This document shows, piece after piece, positions 19,908 through 29,055 of a stretch of DNA of 32,000 nucleotides. How positions within the stretch are numbered: the stretch's first letter is position 1; the number at the start of each line of letters is the position of its first letter. A model generated the notes under the pieces. The model was not told where the DNA came from and ran no database searches. It saw only the letters and a program-made list of their open reading frames with translations. Made by a program: the position numbers and the translations under genes. This DNA is from Methanothermobacter thermautotrophicus str. Delta H (GTDB taxonomy: Archaea > Methanobacteriota > Methanobacteria > Methanobacteriales > Methanothermobacteraceae), in NCBI RefSeq assembly GCF_000008645.1, contig NC_000916.1:390001-422000 (forward strand). The letters are read 5' to 3'.

Positions 19908-20594
19908 TCAATCCTCCCTGAAGGACCTCCTGGTTCTCATCTCCTCGAGGTTTGAGACTATCCTTGGAAGGTCGCCTGCGGGTATGCTCACCATGACGTC
20001 CTCGTCCCTGATCTCCATGTGCCTCCTTGACCCGGTGTCACCGAAGCCATAGGTCACCTTGCCTGTGAGGTAGGGGAGTGCAGCCATTGAACTGCATATG
20101 GGTCCTGAATCAGCCCCCAGTCCGTGTGAACCGGAATCGTAGGCATTGGCGTGGAGTATCTCCATGGCCTGCCGGGCATTGCAGATTATGAATATGACGT
20201 CCGGTTCAAATTCAGCCCTTCCGAGTGGTGCGAATATCAGGGCCCTGAATATACCCGGTTCAATGTTAAGATTGTTTCTCCAGGAGCGCTGGACTGCAGG
20301 TATGTCCCGGTAGACTCCCATGGCTGTGAGGAATGCCCCGCTTCTCATACTGGCTGGAAACTCTTTCGCGTCCCTTAACCCTGTGTACCTTGCACCCCCC
20401 ATACATTCCTCCTCATCTGCAGTTGCATAGAAAACCTCCCCCTTCATGGCCTTCTCAAGCTTCTTGCAGAACCTTGATTTACCCTCCTCCCTTCTGATGT
20501 CCTGTGGCTCCCTCACTGACCACTTTATGGCCACAGGTTCATTCTCGAGCTTCAGAAGTTCCCTGAACCTTTCACCCATCGCTCTGTAATCCAT
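19908..20594 (-). CDS. DUF169-family protein
   Basis: LLKLENEPVAIKW...CKKLEKAMKGEVFYATADEEECMGGARYTGL...PVxxVQRSWRNNLNIEP-like pattern and GADSGPICSSMAALPYLTGK. Confidence 0.75.
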   Translation of the reverse strand: MDYRAMGERFRELLKLENEPVAIKWSVREPQDIRREEGKSRFCKKLEKAMKGEVFYATADEEECMGGARYTGLRDAKEFPASMRSGAFLTAMGVYRDIPAVQRSWRNNLNIEPGIFRALIFAPLGRAEFEPDVIFIICNARQAMEILHANAYDSGSHGLGADSGPICSSMAALPYLTGKVTYGFGDTGSRRHMEIRDEDVMVSIPAGDLPRIVSNLEEMRTRRSFRED

Positions 20595-20644
20595 TTTAGC
20601 ACCTCCGAATGATATAATAATTATCTGGTTTTTTGATATATTTT

Positions 20645-20970
20645 ATGAAAATAGCGGGTGCTCAAAAAATTTTTTTGATAGGATTGAAAGGGATGAATTC
20701 CTTGAAAAGGCTAGGGAATTCAGTGATTATGACCATGACAGCCTTGATAGAATAGGAAAGGCACTCCTTTGTATGGGGAGCAACCATCCAATGACTGTTA
20801 GGAGGGCATCCGAAATTCTTGAATGGGTTGAATCAGGAACATACAGTGAGGTCATAGAGAGACGCACCAGCGAAAAGCTGGAAACAGCTTTTAAATGTCC
20901 TGAATGTGGAACAACCCTCAGTGGCGATGAGAACTTCTGTGGAATGTGCGGATCGAAGTTATGGGGCCGA
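20645..20970 (+). CDS. Small zinc-ribbon protein, probably with a disrupted 5' end
   Basis: Coding-like frame ...FFDRIERDEFLEKAREFSDYDHDSLDRIGKALLCMGSNHPMTVRRASEILEWVESGTYSEVIERRTSEKLETAFKCPECGTTLSGDENFCGMCGSKLWGR. The only ATG upstream (20645) is in another frame, separated by an A6T7 run. Confidence 0.55.
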
Positions 20971-21266
20971 TGAACCATCATTTATTCATCTTTCTGATTG
21001 CAGAGCATAAATCTGCAATAAAACTAACAGCAGTCTTCTGGCAGCGTTCCAGTCAGTGCCGCCTGATGGAACAGCTCCAGCAGTTAAGTGTGATCTGTTA
21101 CGAACTTTAGGTGTTACCTGTTGAGGTACATCTGTTTGCAGATCACTGAGAGCCACCTGCATAATTAATACCGCAGTGAGACAGCAGCGTCAACTCAGTA
21201 TGGATCTTTGATTAACACCGCGGTGACCTCCCATGATTTCTACAGAACATTAATAGCCGCTGAAGC

Positions 21267-21689
21267 TCATCTGAGACCCGTGTACTCAAGGACACTGGTC
21301 CTCTTATCACCCAGTATCTCAGAGGCCCTGGAGATGCATTCCCCCACAACCGATTCGAGGTCCTCGTCGCCGCTCCAGTACTCCTCAAGGAACCGGTAAC
21401 CCATCCTCCCTGCAAGCCTATCAACCACCACGGAGCAGAGGTAGACGTCATCTATGTAGCCATGGGGGCCGAATATCTCCTCGGGTATTATATCATTGGG
21501 GGCCACAAGGTAGCCCATGGCTGCGCAGATCATCAGCCGGTCCTCTCTCTCTATATCCCTGCTCTGCAGGAGGTCTGCTAGTAGCCTGAAGAGGTCAGGG
21601 GCGTAGTCAACAATCCTATCATAGTCTCCCCGGTAACTGTTGAGGTTCTCGCGGAGTATATCATAGAAGTCTGTGAATTCCATATTCAT
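21267..21689 (-). CDS. DUF1232 (YkvA-like) protein
   Basis: MICAAMGYLVAPNDIIPEEIFGPHGYIDDVYLCSVVVDRL. Start chosen at MNMEF, preceded by AGGGTGAT; the longest ORF extends to 21707. Confidence 0.75.
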   Translation of the reverse strand: MNMEFTDFYDILRENLNSYRGDYDRIVDYAPDLFRLLADLLQSRDIEREDRLMICAAMGYLVAPNDIIPEEIFGPHGYIDDVYLCSVVVDRLAGRMGYRFLEEYWSGDEDLESVVGECISRASEILGDKRTSVLEYTGLR

Positions 21690-21693
21690 ATTA

Positions 21694-24444
21694 TCACCCT
21701 GCGCCACAGAAGGTCCTGAACACGCACCTGCTGCAGAAGGGGTTCTTCCTGGGTTCGAAGCATTCCTCCCTTATCCTCGCGACGGTTTCAGCGATCCTCT
21801 CCTTAACCCTGAATTCAGGGTCGGAGTCAAAGGATATCCTCATGGAGTCCTTTATAGCGTAGGCGGATAGACTGTCGAACCTGTACCTCTCCCTTAGTGC
21901 GTATTCATAGGTCCGGAGCTGGTACTCAAGGGCCATCCTCTCAACACCGCCATGCTCACGGGCCTTGAAGTCGACAAGTTCAAGTTCACCGTCCCTGGTT
22001 CTGATTATCAGGTCTGTCCTCCCCTCTATTATTATATCAGTGTCGGGTATGGAGAAGGGCTCCTCAACCGATACCACCTCCCCTGTATGGTCCCTTGTGT
22101 CATGGTAGTAGTTGAGGAGTTCCCTCTCAAGGCGCCTCTTTTTAACCTTATCGTCTCTCCCCATGGGTATCCAGCACCTTTCAACGATTCTCCTTATGAG
22201 GGCCCCGTTTATCTCCTCTGAGTTCTTCATGGCCAGGTGGAGCTCCTCAAGGCACCTGTGCAGTATGATCCCATAGCGCTGCATGAAGGTCTCAGGGTAG
22301 ACGAAGCCGTAGTGGTATATGAGCATGTACCTGAAGGGACACTCCTCGTAGGTGAAGAGGGCCGAGAAGTTGATCCTGAGGGGCTCCTCACTCCACTCCC
22401 TTTCAAGGCATCTGCTGACGGATGTGCAGTCACACTCATAGATGCCGCACTTCTCCCTGAGGTCTGTGATGAACGGTGACACACCCACCTTCCTGGTGTT
22501 GATACGGGGGGCTGTTGATATGATGAGGGCGTCCTGGGCCCTGGTCATTGCAACGTAGAAGAGGCGCCGGTCCTCATCAGGTACCTCCCCGGGTGATAGC
22601 AGGAGTTCCCCGGGTATGGGTATGGTGTCCCTCTCCTTACGCCTTTTAACAGGGAACCTGCCGTTTATGACCGAACAGATGAAGACAACAGGGAACTCGA
22701 GGCCCTTTGCCTGGTGAACCGTCATGATCTTCACCGACGCCGGGTCCTCCAGGGCTGCCTCGTCGTGGTGGAGGTGGGTGGGTAGGAGGTAGAGGTACCA
22801 TAAAAGGTCCTGTATCCTTGCTCCGGGCTTTATGGCCTCGTATCTGTCTATCAGTGAACTTAACTTTGCGAGGTTGAATATTTTAGCCCTGCTACTGTCG
22901 CTCCCGTCCTCTATGAGCCTCCTGAGGTACCCTGTAACCTCAAGTATACTGTAGAATGTGCTGAGAACTGTCAGTGATCCCTTCCCAACTTCATGGCGTA
23001 TCCTGTTGAGACCAAGGATCTTCTCTGCATCCTCCCCGTGTACACCGATTTCCTCAAGTTCCCTCCTTGATGTGAAGTCCGAGAGCCTGCAGTTTCTGTC
23101 AAGGGATTCGAGGGCCCGGAGGGTTTCACCGGTGAGGTCCAGGAATTCGCCCCTGAATCTGGATATGTTCCACCAGCCATCCCACTTCCTGAATCTTCCT
23201 CCATAGTCCGGTGGATCCACGTAGGCGAGGAAGTAGAGCATGCTCCTCACCTCATACCTTTTGAGGAAGGAGCCGTCTCCTCGCACTATGTAGGGTATGC
23301 CCTCCCTCCTGAGCTCTGCAAGGACCTTGTCTGCGTGGTTGCGGACGCTCCTGAATAGGAGTGCGACGTATCCGTATTCAGGTATCTTGCCGGAGGACTT
23401 CAGTTTCTTTATTAGTGATACTATGTTCCTGGCCTCTGAGTTAACGTCCCTGCTCTTCAGTATAACAACGTCGGTCCCGCCATCCCTTACCGGTTTGATG
23501 GTTTTCTCGTAGTGTCTCTCGCCCCTCATGAAGCTGTCTGCAGTCAGGACTATCCCTGCCCGGGACCTGAAGTTGTCCTCCAGGGTGACCACCTCTGCGT
23601 CGTACTCTTCACGGAACCTTATGAAGTTCTCTGGTGTGGCTCCCCTGAAGCCGTAGATGCTCTGGTCCTCATCCCCCACCACGCAGATGCTGGAGTTCTT
23701 CCCTGCTATCTCCCTTAATATCAACTCCTGTATGGGGCTTGTATCCTGGTACTCGTCTATCATTATGTACCTGTACTTCTTCCTTACGGATTCGAGTACC
23801 CTCTCGCTGGAGTTCAGGAGGAGGTAGACCTCCTTTTCAAGGCCAGGGAAGTCTATCTTCTTCTGCTCCCTGAGGAGTTCAAGGTAGCGGGCATAGCACA
23901 CGGCGATGCCCTGGTATTCTTCCCTGTCAGGATATTTCCTTCTGAGGGCGTTTATGAGCTCTTCAGGTTCAATGCAGTTTTCGGTGCATCTGTTGAAGAA
24001 TTCGATGGCCCTGTGCACCTCCCCCATCTTCATGTAGCGGTCCAATCCTATTTTGTAGAAGACCGTCCTGAGGAAAATGAGCTGGGATTCCTCGTCCAGG
24101 ATCTCGAATCCAGCCCCGAATTCGTGTTCCTCGGGGTGGTCACTCAGCACCTTGCTGCAGAATGAGTGTATGGTGGATATCTGCATGAGCTCGGCGTCCA
24201 GTCCCACACAGTTTATGAGCCTCGCCTTCAGTTCACCGGCTGCCTTCTCTGTGAAGGTTATGACGAGTATGTTCTCCGGGCTGACACCCTTTCTCTTGAC
24301 GAGGTATGCGACCCTTTCAACGAGTACGCGGGTCTTCCCGGCACCTGGTCCCGCCACAACTACCAGCGGCCCCTCCGTCTTCTTAACAGCCATCTTCTGC
24401 TTCTCTGTACATGCCTCGCCCTTCCTGCAGAGTGAACCCGTCAT
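21694..24444 (-). CDS. UvrD/Rep-family ATP-dependent DNA helicase with a C-terminal PD-(D/E)XK nuclease domain
   Basis: VVAGPGAGKTRVL, ITFTEKAAGELKARL, YIMIDEYQDTSPIQ, VVGDEDQSIYGFRGA, VMTVHQAKGLEFPVVFI, RRLFYVAMTRAQ, and C-terminal ELVDFKA with cysteines CSRCVFRTFC. Confidence 0.92.
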   Translation of the reverse strand: MTGSLCRKGEACTEKQKMAVKKTEGPLVVVAGPGAGKTRVLVERVAYLVKRKGVSPENILVITFTEKAAGELKARLINCVGLDAELMQISTIHSFCSKVLSDHPEEHEFGAGFEILDEESQLIFLRTVFYKIGLDRYMKMGEVHRAIEFFNRCTENCIEPEELINALRRKYPDREEYQGIAVCYARYLELLREQKKIDFPGLEKEVYLLLNSSERVLESVRKKYRYIMIDEYQDTSPIQELILREIAGKNSSICVVGDEDQSIYGFRGATPENFIRFREEYDAEVVTLEDNFRSRAGIVLTADSFMRGERHYEKTIKPVRDGGTDVVILKSRDVNSEARNIVSLIKKLKSSGKIPEYGYVALLFRSVRNHADKVLAELRREGIPYIVRGDGSFLKRYEVRSMLYFLAYVDPPDYGGRFRKWDGWWNISRFRGEFLDLTGETLRALESLDRNCRLSDFTSRRELEEIGVHGEDAEKILGLNRIRHEVGKGSLTVLSTFYSILEVTGYLRRLIEDGSDSSRAKIFNLAKLSSLIDRYEAIKPGARIQDLLWYLYLLPTHLHHDEAALEDPASVKIMTVHQAKGLEFPVVFICSVINGRFPVKRRKERDTIPIPGELLLSPGEVPDEDRRLFYVAMTRAQDALIISTAPRINTRKVGVSPFITDLREKCGIYECDCTSVSRCLEREWSEEPLRINFSALFTYEECPFRYMLIYHYGFVYPETFMQRYGIILHRCLEELHLAMKNSEEINGALIRRIVERCWIPMGRDDKVKKRRLERELLNYYHDTRDHTGEVVSVEEPFSIPDTDIIIEGRTDLIIRTRDGELELVDFKAREHGGVERMALEYQLRTYEYALRERYRFDSLSAYAIKDSMRISFDSDPEFRVKERIAETVARIREECFEPRKNPFCSRCVFRTFCGAG

Positions 24445-24584
24445 GATGAACCCCTGAATGATATATCAGTGCGAATAGATTTGATTGATGGGAATATTAA
24501 TGTTTTGTTTGGTTATTAAATCTGTACCGGATTAAAGGGCCTGAACACAAGGAATTATTAAAGAATCTGTACATAGAATCTTCA

Positions 24585-25364
24585 ATGGATCCTGGAAACC
24601 CTGTCTTCAATGCATTCCTTGCAACCATCTTCACCTGGCTCATGACCCTTGCAGGGGCGGCCCTGGTTTTTCTACCGCTGCAGGGTGATAGAAAACTCCT
24701 TGACTCATCCCTTGGATTTGCAGCAGGTATAATGATCGCTGCGAGCTTCTGGTCACTCCTGGTCCCTGCCATTGAACTTTCACCCACCGGGGTGTATGCC
24801 TGGGTTCCTCCGGCTGCCGGGTTCCTTGCCGGTGGTCTCTTCCTCTCAGCCATGGACAGGATCATACCACACCTTCACCCTGGCTGTGACCCTGAAGGTC
24901 TGCCAACGACCTGGCGGAGGAACAGACTCCTTCTCCTTGCAGTTGTGATACACAACCTTCCTGAGGGGCTGGCCATCGGTGTTGCCTTCGGTGCAGCTGC
25001 CAGTACCGGTGGACTTGCAGCTCCCCTTGCACTGGCACTGGGTATAGGTATACAGAACCTCCCGGAGGGTGCAGCGGTATCACTGCCCCTCCTTGGTGAG
25101 GGACTCTCCAGGTGGAGGAGCTTCATCTATGGACAGTTATCAGGTGTTATTGAGGTACTTGGAGGGATTGGAGGTGCCCTCATGGTCTACTCCTTTTCAG
25201 GGATAATGCCCTATGCCCTTGGCTTTGCAGCGGGGGCCATGATATTCGTTGTGATAGAGGACCTGATACCGGAGTGCCAGAGCGGAGGTAACACGGATCT
25301 TGCCACGGTCTCAGCGCTCATGGGCTTTGTTCTCATGATGGTACTTGACCTCGCACTTGCCTGA
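24585..25364 (+). CDS. ZIP-family metal transporter
   Basis: LLAVVIHNLPEGLAIGVAFG and LALGIGIQNLPEGAAVSLPLL, the paired ZIP motifs, plus multiple TM segments. Confidence 0.9.
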   Translation: MDPGNPVFNAFLATIFTWLMTLAGAALVFLPLQGDRKLLDSSLGFAAGIMIAASFWSLLVPAIELSPTGVYAWVPPAAGFLAGGLFLSAMDRIIPHLHPGCDPEGLPTTWRRNRLLLLAVVIHNLPEGLAIGVAFGAAASTGGLAAPLALALGIGIQNLPEGAAVSLPLLGEGLSRWRSFIYGQLSGVIEVLGGIGGALMVYSFSGIMPYALGFAAGAMIFVVIEDLIPECQSGGNTDLATVSALMGFVLMMVLDLALA

Positions 25365-25493
25365 TCCTCATGACACATCATAGTTCAACCGGTGGCCCCT
25401 GCCACTGAAAATTTTTTCATGAATACCTGCAGAGCTTGTTTGAATGTCCCATTTTATTAGATATGATTCACATAATATTCTACAGGTGATATC

Positions 25494-26045
25494 ATGGCCA
25501 GGGTTACCCGTGAGATGGTTGAAAATTCAGGTATAGATCTGGATGAACTTGTGGAACTGCTTGTTAAGAACGCGGCTGCTGAACTCACAACCTTCTATTT
25601 TACACCCTACTCGGGGCCAATCTGATTGGACTCGAGGGTGAGGGGCTCAAGGAGATCGCCGAGGCTGCAAGGATAGAGGACAGGAACCACTTCGAGGCCC
25701 TTGTACCCAGGATATATGAACTCGGCGGTGAACTTCCAGGGGACATGAAGGAATTCCATGACATCTCAGGATGCCCACCGGCATACCTCCCGGCTAAGAC
25801 CAATGACACGATGGAGATCCTTGAGGTCCTGGTGGCAGCAGAGAGGTGTGCTGTCAGACAGTGCACCCATATATGTAACATCACCGCCGGGAAGGACCAC
25901 AGGACCTATGACCTTGCACTCTCAATACTCCATGAGGAGATAGCAGCACGAATCATGGTTCTCAGAGTTCCTGGGTGAGGGACCATCAGGTCACTTCATG
26001 AGGCGCGGTGAGACATCATCCTTCGTGAGGAAGTTCCTGGAATAA
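25494..26045 (+). CDS. Archaeal Dps/ferritin-like protein with two compensating frameshifts
   Basis: Frame 0 start MARVTREMVENSGIDLDELVELLVKNAAAELTTFYF, middle frame LLGANLIGLEGEGLKEIAEAARIEDRNHFEALVPRIYELGGELPGDMKEFHDISGC, back to frame 0 for HESWFSEFLGEGPSGHFMRRGETSSFVRKFLE. Confidence 0.75.
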
Positions 26046-26065
26046 TCCATGAATTCAGTGGTTCC

Positions 26066-26314
26066 ATGAGAATATTCACCCTGGAAGAACTCCTGGCATT
26101 TGATGGGAGGTCAGGGCCAGCATACATTGCATTTGAGGGAAGGGTCTATGATGTTTCAGGGAGCTTCCTCTGGAGGGACGGGAGACACCAGGCAGGCCAC
26201 AGTGCAGGATCAGACCTCACAGAGGATATAAAGAAAGCCCCACATGGGGCTGAACTCCTTGAAAGGTTCCCGGTTGTTGGTGTACTCGCTGAGGGGGGAA
26301 GTGCTGATGGCTGA
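26066..26314 (+). CDS. Cytochrome b5-like heme-binding domain protein
   Basis: FTLEELLAFDGRSGPAYIAFEGRVYDVSGSFLWRDGRHQAGHSAGSDLTEDIKKAPHGAELLERFPVVG. Confidence 0.8.
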   Translation: MRIFTLEELLAFDGRSGPAYIAFEGRVYDVSGSFLWRDGRHQAGHSAGSDLTEDIKKAPHGAELLERFPVVGVLAEGGSADG

Positions 26315-27968
26315 CTTCAGGTGCACTGTATGCAACTACATATTCCATGAGGAGGCTGATGGGGAATTCGATTCACTCCCTGCTGACTGGCGATGCCCTG
26401 TCTGCAATGCGCCACGCACAGCCTTTGTGAGGGTTCCATCCACTCTTGAGGAGGGCGGCAGGACGGTTTCTGAGGTCTTCATCTCCCAGCTGGCAGCTTG
26501 GGGTCTTAAATACGTTTTCGGCATCCCGGGCACATCCACCCTGGGACTCGTTGATGCCCTCAGAAGGAACGATGAGATAAGGTACATACAGGTGCGTCAT
26601 GAGGCTGCAGCGGCCTTCATGGCCTCCAGCTACGGTAAACTTACTGGTCAGCCCGCGGTCTGCATGGCTGTGGCCGGCCCCCGGGCATCGAACCTTATAA
26701 CAGGGCTCCTTGACGCGGCCCTTGACCGGGCCCCGGTTCTTGCAGTCACAGGACATGTCGAAACCTACAGGATAGGTACAGGTGCAAGCCAGGAGATAGA
26801 TCAGCATAGCCTCTTTGAGTCTTTCTCGGTCTACAACATGACCCTTGTGAGCCCGGATGAGGCAGCTGAGATTGCCAGGGAGGCTGTGAAGCACGCCATC
26901 CTTGAGCGGGGTGTTTCACATGTTGACGTCCCCCGGGATGTCCAGACCATGGAGTGCACAGCCCCGGTGAAGCCCCTCAGGGGCATGATGGCGGAGGCTG
27001 CAGTCACACCCCCCAGGAATCGTCTGAGGGCTGCAGCTGATCTGATAAACAGAGCAGAGCGGCCCGTGATAATAGCAGGCTTCGGTGCCCTGGAAGCAGC
27101 TGACAGTGTTGTTGAACTTGCGGAGAGGATAGGGGCAGCCATCGTATCCACCTTCAGGGGTAAGGGCATCGTTGATAATGACTACCCCCTCTACCTGGGC
27201 TGTCATGGTAGCCTGGGCTCGGCTGCTGCGGCCGAGGCTGTTAGGAAAGCAGATCTTCTCCTGGTTATCGGGTCATCATTCTCTGACCTCACCCGGATCC
27301 CGCCTCGGAGGACCCTCCAGGTCGACATCGACCCCATGATGGTAGCGAGGCGCCACCCGGTTGAGCAGGGCCTCACAGGAAGGTCCTCCCTCATAGTTCA
27401 GGAACTTATATCCATGGTGGAGGAGAAGGAAAGGGGGCCCTACCTGGCAGAACTGGGGGAACTCAGGGATGAATGGCTGGGACTCCTTGAATCAGAGGCT
27501 GATCCTTCACTGAGGCCCATCAGGCCCCAGTACATCATATCAGTCCTGAACAGGGAACTGGATGATGATGCCATCATAACCCTTGATGTTGGTGAGAACG
27601 GATGGTGGTTCGGCCGGAACTTCCAGATGAAGAGCACCAGAGGCTTCTCTTTTCAGGTTACCTGGGGGTCCATGGGTTTCGGTCTTCCGGCGGCCATCGC
27701 AGCACAGCTTGAATTCCCGGATAGACAGGTCGTTTGCATCAACAACAGGAACCTTGCAATGATAATGCAGGAGCAGCGTGTTGAAGGATTCCCTGTATGG
27801 CAGACAGAGCTCCAGGACTGTGACTTCGCAGGTTTTGCAGAGAACTGCGGGGGCCGGGGCCTGAGGGTGGATGATCCCGGTGAACTGGAGGACTCCGTGA
27901 GGGAGGCCCTGGGAACTGATGGTCCGGTCCTCGTGGACATTGAAACAGATCCACGGCGCTTCATCTGA
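26307..27968 (+). CDS. Rubredoxin domain fused to a pyruvate oxidase/acetolactate-synthase-like TPP-family protein
   Basis: FRCTVCNYIFHEEADGEFDSLPADWRCPVCNAP, then IPGTSTLGLVDAL, VRHEAAAAFMASSYGKLTG, GTGASQEIDQHSLF, WGSMGFGLPAAIAAQLEFPDR. ATG 26307 preceded by GAGGGGGGAAGTG and overlapping the previous stop. Confidence 0.85.
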   Translation: MADFRCTVCNYIFHEEADGEFDSLPADWRCPVCNAPRTAFVRVPSTLEEGGRTVSEVFISQLAAWGLKYVFGIPGTSTLGLVDALRRNDEIRYIQVRHEAAAAFMASSYGKLTGQPAVCMAVAGPRASNLITGLLDAALDRAPVLAVTGHVETYRIGTGASQEIDQHSLFESFSVYNMTLVSPDEAAEIAREAVKHAILERGVSHVDVPRDVQTMECTAPVKPLRGMMAEAAVTPPRNRLRAAADLINRAERPVIIAGFGALEAADSVVELAERIGAAIVSTFRGKGIVDNDYPLYLGCHGSLGSAAAAEAVRKADLLLVIGSSFSDLTRIPPRRTLQVDIDPMMVARRHPVEQGLTGRSSLIVQELISMVEEKERGPYLAELGELRDEWLGLLESEADPSLRPIRPQYIISVLNRELDDDAIITLDVGENGWWFGRNFQMKSTRGFSFQVTWGSMGFGLPAAIAAQLEFPDRQVVCINNRNLAMIMQEQRVEGFPVWQTELQDCDFAGFAENCGGRGLRVDDPGELEDSVREALGTDGPVLVDIETDPRRFI

Positions 27969-27990
27969 CCTTCACAGGAGCAGGAAGGTC

Positions 27991-29037
27991 TCATCTGATT
28001 ACATGAACCGCAGAGGCCTTGAACTCTATCCAGACCCTGGACCCGGTGGTGATCCCCATATCATTGAGGGACTTCCCTGTCATGTGGACGGTGAGGGTTT
28101 CACCACCACAGCGCACCTCAAGCTGCTGCACCGAACCGGCGTCACGTACAGCCAGCACCCTGCCCTCCAGCTGGTTCAGGGCACTTGAATCCGTCCTCTG
28201 CCAGGATACAGTTATGTCCTCAGGCCTTATGGTGGCTGAAACATCTCCTGTGGCCCTCTCTGATGAGTAGATGCTTATACCATCACATTCGATGAGGGAT
28301 ATCCCTTCAGCGGTGATATGGGCCCTCCCCCTCAGCATGTTCCTGGCACCAACAAATTCTGCCACGAACCTGCTTGCCGGTTTTTTGAATATCTCCCGGG
28401 GCTCACCAGTCTGGAGGATTGACCGGTTGAGGATTGCAATCCTGTCTGCAAGCTTCTGTCCCTGGAGGAGGTCATGGGTCGTGAATATCACTGTAACATC
28501 CAGTTCAGCTATCACATCCTCCATCCTTGACCTTGAGATCGGGTCAAGGCTGGATGTCGCCTCATCAAGGAGCACAACTTCGGGCCGGTTTATGAGGACC
28601 TGGGCCAGAGCCAGGCGCTGCCGTTCCCCACCGGAGAGTTCAGTGGTTCTTCTGGACCCATAGCCCTTAAGTCCCATGGTTTCAAGGACATCCTTCACCT
28701 CTGACTCATGAGGCCTCTCACCCCTGATGCGGGGACCGTAGAGGATGCTCTCAGCCACGGTGCCCCTGAATACCGGGGTGTTCTGGAACACCATACCCAT
28801 CCTCCTCCTGACCTCCAGTGGTTTCAGGTCATCAACGTTTTCCCCCATGAACAGTATCTCACCATCATCCGGTCTTTCAAGGAGGTCCATTATCCGCAGG
28901 AGGGTGGATTTCCCGGCCCCTGTTGGTCCTATGATGCCCAGGGTCTCCCCCTCCCGCACCTTAAGGTTAACGTCCTCCAGGACCTTAATGTCCCCGTAGC
29001 TTTTTGTTATCCCTGAAAGTTCAATTACATGCATCAT
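27991..29037 (-). CDS. tupC: Tungstate/molybdate-type ABC transporter ATP-binding protein with a C-terminal TOBE-like region
   Basis: GPTGAGKST, LSGGERQRLALAQ, VVLLDEATSSLDP; partner genes 29056..29763 and 29813..30694 point to a tungstate system. Confidence 0.75.
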   Translation of the reverse strand: MMHVIELSGITKSYGDIKVLEDVNLKVREGETLGIIGPTGAGKSTLLRIMDLLERPDDGEILFMGENVDDLKPLEVRRRMGMVFQNTPVFRGTVAESILYGPRIRGERPHESEVKDVLETMGLKGYGSRRTTELSGGERQRLALAQVLINRPEVVLLDEATSSLDPISRSRMEDVIAELDVTVIFTTHDLLQGQKLADRIAILNRSILQTGEPREIFKKPASRFVAEFVGARNMLRGRAHITAEGISLIECDGISIYSSERATGDVSATIRPEDITVSWQRTDSSALNQLEGRVLAVRDAGSVQQLEVRCGGETLTVHMTGKSLNDMGITTGSRVWIEFKASAVHVIR

Positions 29038-29055
29038 ATCACCTGTCAGAGGTAT

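Noticed and set aside
21164-21227. Near-repeat attaataccgcagtgag / attaacaccgcggtgac between the zinc-ribbon and DUF1232 genes
   Set aside because: Only two imperfect copies, no hairpin or nearby regulator to support a role; too weak to report as a finding.
24497-24865. 122-aa minus-strand ORF overlapping the ZIP transporter start
   Set aside because: Antisense to the well-supported ZIP coding region, with no recognisable domain.
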